DNA of 64,000 nt from the NCBI GenBank assembly GCA_024239035.1, contig JANBVK010000001.1, positions 506,202 to 570,201 on the forward strand, given 5' to 3'. The stretch comes from Patescibacteria group bacterium (GTDB lineage: Bacteria > Patescibacteriota > Minisyncoccia > UBA6257 > GWB1-50-10). Positions 58,850 to 64,000 of this stretch are shown piece by piece. Within the stretch, counting starts at the first letter, position 1, and every line of letters starts with the position of its first letter. The notes beneath the pieces are model-generated. The model searched no databases. It had not been told where the DNA came from and saw only the letters and a program-made list of their open reading frames with translations. The position numbers were made by a program, and so were the translations under genes.

Positions 58850-60283
58850 GTGATTAATTTTATTAAAAAACCGATTGTTATCTTGATTGCCGTGCTGGTT
58901 ATTGTTTTTGGCGTCTATTTTCTTTTTATAAAAGACAAGAAATCTGCTCACGAGTTTGTCGTCGTTCGACGAGGTGATCTTCTGCAGGAGGTCAGTGTTA
59001 CGGGTCGGGTGAAACCTGTCGCGGACGTTGACCTCGCCTTCGAAAATAGCGGGAGGATAGCAAGGGCAAGCGTTGACATCGGTGATAAGGTATTTGCCGG
59101 TCAGGTTTTAGTTCGGTTGGACAGCTCCGAATTATCCGCCGAATTAACAAAAGCTGAATCAGATTTAGTAACCCAGGAGGCAAAATTAAGTAAGTCAGAA
59201 ACCGATTTAACTAATCTTTACGCCAGCATTATTGATATTTTAAATGACGCTTTCATCAAAGCTGATGATGCCGTCCGCGCGAAAACAGCCGCAATCTTCA
59301 GTGGTTCGAGAACGTCCGCTTATCAATTGACTTTTTCTACATGCGACGATCAGGCAAAGATAGATTCTATTAATGGGCGTCTTGTCTCTGAGAGCATTTT
59401 GGATAAATGGGAGACGGAGCTTGCCACGCTGACGAGCGAGTCGTCTGATGCTGAACGTGACCAGGCACTTAAAAACGCCAAAGGGCACCTCATAGACATT
59501 AGGGGATTCGTTGATCGATTGAACGACGTGTTGACTGATGATTGTGTGCTCGGTCAAAGCTCATTAGATATCTACCGAACCAACGTTAATAGCAGTCGAA
59601 CCAATATAAATACTGCTCTGACCAACATCAATGATCAGGAACAGAGCATTAATTCGCAGAAGGCTGCGGTTGTCTCGGAGGAGGCAACAATTAAAAGTTA
59701 TCAAGCAGCCGTTCAAACTATCAAGGCACAGCTCTCCAAAACCGTTCTTTATTCTCCCATTACCGGTGTTGTCACGGTGCAAAACGCTGAGAGAGGGGAG
59801 ATTGTAGGTGCCAACGAGGTAATAGTTTCAATTATTTCCATTACCCAACTTGAAATTGAAGCGAATATACCAGAAGCAGATATTGCGAAAGTAGAAATCG
59901 GCGATGTGGCAAAGGTAACTCTGGACGCTTACGGCAGCGACGTGATTTTTAATATAGAAGTTGCCGCCATTGATCCTGCAGAAACCATTGTTGAAGGAGT
60001 GGCAACATACAAAACTACATTTCAGTTTATAGGAGAGGACGAACGCATTAAATCAGGAATGACTGCTAACATTGACGTGTTAACCGACAAGCGCGAGAAC
60101 GTTATCACCGTTCCCCAGCGAGCAGTCATTACAAGAAGCGGAGAGAAAATAGTGAGATTGCTTCGCGATGGAATAGTTGAAGAAAGAAAAGTTATTACGG
60201 GTCTTCGCGGCTCTCTCGGGAATATAGAAATTATCGAAGGAGTGGAGAGCGGGGATAAAGTTATTATTTTTCTTCAACCTTAG
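58850..60283 (+). CDS. Efflux periplasmic adaptor (HlyD/MacA-type membrane fusion protein)
   Basis: GTG start. N-terminal TM helix, long coiled coil and beta-barrel/lipoyl motifs. Followed by an ABC ATPase and an FtsX permease. Confidence 0.7.
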   Translation: MINFIKKPIVILIAVLVIVFGVYFLFIKDKKSAHEFVVVRRGDLLQEVSVTGRVKPVADVDLAFENSGRIARASVDIGDKVFAGQVLVRLDSSELSAELTKAESDLVTQEAKLSKSETDLTNLYASIIDILNDAFIKADDAVRAKTAAIFSGSRTSAYQLTFSTCDDQAKIDSINGRLVSESILDKWETELATLTSESSDAERDQALKNAKGHLIDIRGFVDRLNDVLTDDCVLGQSSLDIYRTNVNSSRTNINTALTNINDQEQSINSQKAAVVSEEATIKSYQAAVQTIKAQLSKTVLYSPITGVVTVQNAERGEIVGANEVIVSIISITQLEIEANIPEADIAKVEIGDVAKVTLDAYGSDVIFNIEVAAIDPAETIVEGVATYKTTFQFIGEDERIKSGMTANIDVLTDKRENVITVPQRAVITRSGEKIVRLLRDGIVEERKVITGLRGSLGNIEIIEGVESGDKVIIFLQP

Positions 60284-60310
60284 TGCGCCGGGTTTTGGGA
60301 TTGTTCATAT

Positions 60311-61027
60311 ATGCATTTAATTGAGGTAAAAGATTTAGAGAAAACATATTATATTGATAGTGTTCAAACCCCGGCTCTTCGCGGGGTATCTTTTAAAATT
60401 AAAGAAGGAGAGTTTGTAGCCATAGTCGGTCCTTCGGGCTCGGGTAAATCAACCCTACTCCATGTTTTAGGGTTTTTAGACAGGCACACGGCGGGCGAGT
60501 ACCACTTTGATGGCAAAACTATTAATGATTATTCAGAAGAAGAAATTGCCCGTGTAAGGAATAAAGAGATGGGATTTATTTTCCAAACCTTTAATTTACT
60601 TCCTCGCACAACCGTTCTTGAGAACGTTAAACTTCCTCTTCTTTATTCCGGTGTTAAAGAGTCGTTGTGGGAGAAAAAAGCTCGGCAGGTTATTGATTCA
60701 GTCGGTCTTTCTCATCGGCTTCACCACGAATCTTCTCAGCTCTCAGGTGGAGAAATACAAAGAGTTGCCATTGCCCGCGCTCTTGTAAATAACCCGAGAA
60801 TTATTTTTGCTGATGAGCCTACCGGTAATCTTGATTCTAAGTCGGGGAAAGTAATCATGGAGCTTATTCAGAAACTTAATAATGACGGGCATACTGTCAT
60901 ATTAATCACGCACGAGACCTACACCGCCAAGCACGCAGAGCGTTTAATCCGCTTAAGCGATGGAGCGATAAAGGAGGACGCTCCCGTTGACCATCGTCTT
61001 GTCGCCGCTGACCACTTTACGAAATAA
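60311..61027 (+). CDS. ABC transporter ATP-binding protein (MacB/LolD type)
   Basis: Walker [10 protein letters not shown], signature LSGGEIQR, Walker B IIFADEPT. Confidence 0.9.
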   Translation: MHLIEVKDLEKTYYIDSVQTPALRGVSFKIKEGEFVAIVGPSGSGKSTLLHVLGFLDRHTAGEYHFDGKTINDYSEEEIARVRNKEMGFIFQTFNLLPRTTVLENVKLPLLYSGVKESLWEKKARQVIDSVGLSHRLHHESSQLSGGEIQRVAIARALVNNPRIIFADEPTGNLDSKSGKVIMELIQKLNNDGHTVILITHETYTAKHAERLIRLSDGAIKEDAPVDHRLVAADHFTK

Positions 61028-61038
61028 ACGCATTTTTC

Positions 61039-62295
61039 ATGTTGATTAAATACAGCGTCAAAACAGCCCTTACGGGACTTATAACCAATAAATCCCGCTC
61101 AATTCTCACTATTCTCGGGATTGTAATAGCCATCGCTGCCATCGTGCTTATCGTTTCCATCGGCCAAGGAGCTAAGGATTTGATTTTACAACAAATCCAG
61201 GGACTTGGATCAAAAACTATAGTGGTTATTCCTGGCAGAGAGCCGGAGGGGCCCTCTGATTTTGTAAACGTATTTCTAGACTCTTTAAAAGAAAAGGATT
61301 ATAAACTTTTAAAAAATAAAAACAACGTTCCTGGCGCAGAAGACATCATGCCTTTGGTGATCAGCTCAGTTAAATTATCTTATTTTGATGAGACATACCA
61401 AGCTACAATATTGGGCGGCGGAGACGATGAAATAAACAATCTGATGGCCAGAATATTTGATATTTTTCCTGATCGTGGGTCTTTCTTCACGCCGCAAGAC
61501 GTTTCTTCAAGAGCAAGCGTTATTGTTATAGGCGACAATGTCCGTGAGGAACTTTTTGGAGAAAGCATTAATCCTTTGGGGGAGAAGATAAAAATCAATG
61601 GACGCAATTTTAGGGTTATTGGCATTTTACCTTCAAAGGGGCAAGTTTCTTTTTTTAACTTTGATGATATGGTGTTAGCTCCGTACACTACAGCTCAGCA
61701 GTACATATTGGGGCGAAAATATTTTGACCGCATTATTGTTGTGGCAAAATCAGAAAAAGTCATTGCGAGAACGGTTAGCGACATAGAGATTACTTTGCGA
61801 AGTTCTCATGGTATAACTGATCCAGATAAAGATGATTTTTTTGTTGAAACTCAAGCGGATCTGGTTGAGCGTGTAGGTTTTATTACAAATATTTTAACTT
61901 TGTTTTTAGTAACTATTGCTGCCATATCTTTACTTGTTGGCGGAATAGGAATTATGAATATAATGTTGGTTTCCGTTACCGAAAGAACTAAAGAGATAGG
62001 TCTTCGTAAGGCGGTGGGAGCGACAAACAAAGACATACTAAGACAATTTTTATTAGAATCGGTTTTACTCACCGCGATCGGCGGGATAGTAGGAATTGCA
62101 CTTGGGGTAGCGCTCTCTTTTGTTGTCTCTTTAATATTAACTTACTCTCTGGGTCTAAACTGGGAATTTACTTTTCCTCTATCGGCGGCTGCTCTAGGGT
62201 TAGGAGTTTCCGCCGCGGTGGGGCTTGTGTTTGGAATCTATCCTGCAAGGCAAGCCGCTAAGAAAACCCCAATAGATGCTCTGCGGTATGAATAA
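61039..62295 (+). CDS. ABC transporter permease, FtsX/MacB type
   Basis: N-terminal TM, large periplasmic MacB_PCD-like domain, C-terminal 3-TM FtsX domain. Confidence 0.85.
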   Translation: MLIKYSVKTALTGLITNKSRSILTILGIVIAIAAIVLIVSIGQGAKDLILQQIQGLGSKTIVVIPGREPEGPSDFVNVFLDSLKEKDYKLLKNKNNVPGAEDIMPLVISSVKLSYFDETYQATILGGGDDEINNLMARIFDIFPDRGSFFTPQDVSSRASVIVIGDNVREELFGESINPLGEKIKINGRNFRVIGILPSKGQVSFFNFDDMVLAPYTTAQQYILGRKYFDRIIVVAKSEKVIARTVSDIEITLRSSHGITDPDKDDFFVETQADLVERVGFITNILTLFLVTIAAISLLVGGIGIMNIMLVSVTERTKEIGLRKAVGATNKDILRQFLLESVLLTAIGGIVGIALGVALSFVVSLILTYSLGLNWEFTFPLSAAALGLGVSAAVGLVFGIYPARQAAKKTPIDALRYE

Positions 62296-62405
62296 ATAAA
62301 AGACTTATTAATTCAGATTTATAACGCGTGAACGGAAGTAATATGGTATAATGTTTGTAAATTTAAAAATATATAAAGGTCGGTATTGATAAAGAGAATA
62401 TTTAT

Positions 62406-62663
62406 ATGAAAGGTCTTCATTACGTAACGTATACATTGTTGGTCGTCGGTGGCCTTAACTGGCTGCTTGTTGGTCTTATAGGTTGGGATATTGGTGCTCT
62501 TTTCGGTGGAATGGATGCGGTTGTTTCAAGAATTATTTACATTCTTATTGGTGTCTCCGCTGTTGTTGAGATCGTGACTCACAAGAGTTGTTGTCGGGGA
62601 TGCGGGAAAGGCGCCGCTGCTTCTAGTGCTCCCGTCCCTGGTCAGGGAACGGGCACAACCTAG
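62406..62663 (+). CDS. DUF378-like small membrane protein
   Basis: VVGGLNWLLVGLIGWDIGALFGG pattern. Extended -10 TGGTATAAT at about 62343-62352 upstream. Confidence 0.45.
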   Translation: MKGLHYVTYTLLVVGGLNWLLVGLIGWDIGALFGGMDAVVSRIIYILIGVSAVVEIVTHKSCCRGCGKGAAASSAPVPGQGTGTT

Positions 62664-62760
62664 TAATAACTTATTGAATTTAAATTAACAAAAACGGTCG
62701 GTGTTTATGCGCCGATCGTTTTTGTTTGAAAACATCAGGAAATTGTTTCATTATTAATAA

Positions 62761-63585
62761 ATGCTTATTACAAAATTATCGGGTGAGACGGAACAATTCT
62801 CTCACAGCAAACTTCAAAGGTCATTAACGAACGCCGGTGCCCCACCCGAACGCGTTAAAGCAATCGTCCGGGAAGTAGAGAAGGGATTGAAAAAAGGGGT
62901 GACTACGCAAGAAATTTACCGAAGAGCATTTTCTCTTCTGAAGCGGGAGAAAGGGCCGTTTGCAGCGCGATACAGTTTGAAGAGGGCAATTTTTGAGTTG
63001 GGTCCGCATGGATATCCTTTTGAGAAATTTATCGGCAAATTATTGGAAAGAAAAGGGTACAAAGTAGAGATTGGTAAATATATCCGCGGGAAGTGCGTTA
63101 CCCACGAAGTTGACGTAGTTGCCAAGAAAGAGAACAAACACTTCCTTATTGAGAGTAAATTTCATAATCGGCAAGGTACTAAATCCGACGTGAAAGTGGC
63201 GCTCTACATTAAAGCGCGATTTGATGACATCCAAAGTAAATTAAAAAACGTGCCGGGTCACACCGTGTTTCACCAAGTATGGCTTATAACAAACACAAAG
63301 TTCACTAGTAATGCAATCCGCTATGCTAACTGCGTGCACATGAAAATGACGGGGTGGAATTATCCGAAGCGTGGGGGTCTTGAAGATCTTATTGAACAAT
63401 CCGGTCTCCATCCTCTCACAGCTCCTACGAGCTTGTCTTCTCCTCAAAAAAAAGCGCTTCTAAATAAAGGAATTGTTCTTTGTCGGGAAATAATAGAAAA
63501 ACCCCGACTCCTTAAAGAGATCGGTTTAAGAGGCGATAAACATCAACGAGTGATAGAGGAAATTGAAAGTATATGCTCAGTATAG
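62761..63585 (+). CDS. ATP-cone domain fused to an Mrr-cat-like (PD-(D/E)xK) restriction-endonuclease domain
   Basis: N-terminal about 95 aa fits the ATP-cone pattern. The middle region GYPFEKFIGKLLERKGYKVEIG...HEVDVVAKKENKHFLIESKFHN fits Mrr catalytic-domain architecture. Confidence 0.55.
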   Translation: MLITKLSGETEQFSHSKLQRSLTNAGAPPERVKAIVREVEKGLKKGVTTQEIYRRAFSLLKREKGPFAARYSLKRAIFELGPHGYPFEKFIGKLLERKGYKVEIGKYIRGKCVTHEVDVVAKKENKHFLIESKFHNRQGTKSDVKVALYIKARFDDIQSKLKNVPGHTVFHQVWLITNTKFTSNAIRYANCVHMKMTGWNYPKRGGLEDLIEQSGLHPLTAPTSLSSPQKKALLNKGIVLCREIIEKPRLLKEIGLRGDKHQRVIEEIESICSV

Positions 63586-63594
63586 TTAAAAACA

Positions 63595-64000
63595 ATGAAG
63601 AATAAGGAAATAATTGTTGTCGTTGTTATTCTTATTCTCTTTTTGCTGGCCGGATATTTTGCCCGGGAGTATTCTGAAGCCCTAAAAGGACTGATTCAGT
63701 TTCAGGGTCCCTCCGGAATGCTGCTATATGTTTTAGGGGCAATAGTGGCGACGGTTATTGCTCCTCTTAGTTTTTTACCCTTTTTACCCGTGGCGGTTGC
63801 TCTTTGGGGCAGCTTTATAGCGGCGGTTTTGAGTATTATTGCCTGGACAGCCGGGGCAATAATTGCTTTTACTCTGGCCCGGCGTTACGGTCACCCGCTG
63901 GTTCATAAGATTGTGAATATGAAAAAAATTGAACGATTTGAAAATCTGATTCCACCCCAGAATCTTTTCTGGAGCGTTGTTTTTATGCGCGTTGCCTTAC
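63595..64000 (+). CDS. DedA/TVP38-family membrane protein (3' end outside the window)
   Basis: Hydrophobic helices and ...FLPFLPV... in a DedA-like arrangement. Runs off the window edge. Confidence 0.55.
   Translation, partial: MKNKEIIVVVVILILFLLAGYFAREYSEALKGLIQFQGPSGMLLYVLGAIVATVIAPLSFLPFLPVAVALWGSFIAAVLSIIAWTAGAIIAFTLARRYGHPLVHKIVNMKKIERFENLIPPQNLFWSVVFMRVAL

Overview
The window is low-GC and dense in short-spacer operons. It looks like a reduced genome of the Candidate Phyla Radiation (Patescibacteria/Parcubacteria) type, and TGA is used as a stop codon (pilT ends in ATGA overlapping pilC). All percent G+C figures below are rough by-eye estimates, not computed values.

Content by region:
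- 1-10.4 kb: a complete type IV pilus locus. It has pilM (3' fragment), pilN, pilO and a small membrane gene; pilB, pilT and pilC; two major-pilin-like genes; pilD; and four minor-pilin genes. No secretin is seen.
- 10.4-20 kb: housekeeping genes ligA, gatC, gatA and a sugar nucleotidyltransferase. The tRNA-Asp and tRNA-Met genes on the minus strand lie next to a hypothetical 130-aa ORF, and a second tRNA-Met follows it. This block also holds a phenylalanyl-tRNA synthetase of the monomeric mitochondrial type (catalytic core fused to a C-terminal FDX-ACB anticodon-binding domain) and recG.
- 20-29 kb: tRNA-Lys(CTT) followed by two small ORFs, and a 692-aa secreted protein built from tandem Cys-rich modules. 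After it come tRNA-Arg, the CCA-adding enzyme, tRNA-Pro, several hydrolases, truB, acylphosphatase, tRNA-Ala and a DM13-domain protein.
- 29.4-36.4 kb: two G+C-richer nucleotide-metabolism gene pairs (guaB + purA-like; pyrF + pyrE). Between them sits a split DipZ-like pair, ccdA plus a thioredoxin fusion.
- 36.4-44.1 kb: a CPA2 antiporter, an M23 peptidase, rplU, and recR-dnaB-cysS on the minus strand.
- 44.1-50.9 kb: a surface/secreted protein cluster. It contains a WISF-repeat Cys protein, a 1258-aa protein with beta-helix, lipase-like and Ig-like regions, and a lamin-tail-domain protein.
- 51-64 kb: class II ribonucleotide reductase with an HD 5'-nucleotidase next to it, then typA and a DEAD-box helicase. 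tRNA-Asn and tRNA-Lys(TTT) follow, then a MacAB-like efflux trio, a DUF378 protein, an ATP-cone/Mrr-like fusion and a DedA-family fragment.

Several small intergenic repeat families are visible. The first is a ~140-215 bp conserved leader upstream of pilN, pilB and pilD with an extended -10 promoter. The second is a 28-bp module present in inverted orientation in two leaders. The third is a family of MITE-like elements with CCCGTTAGAAA terminal inverted repeats. The fourth is a pair of identical 12-bp-stem hairpins bracketing the guaB-purA pair. The fifth is a duplicated GAGATCTC-containing upstream motif. The sixth is a 10-bp tandem array upstream of nrdJ.

No CRISPR array, rRNA or transposase gene is seen.
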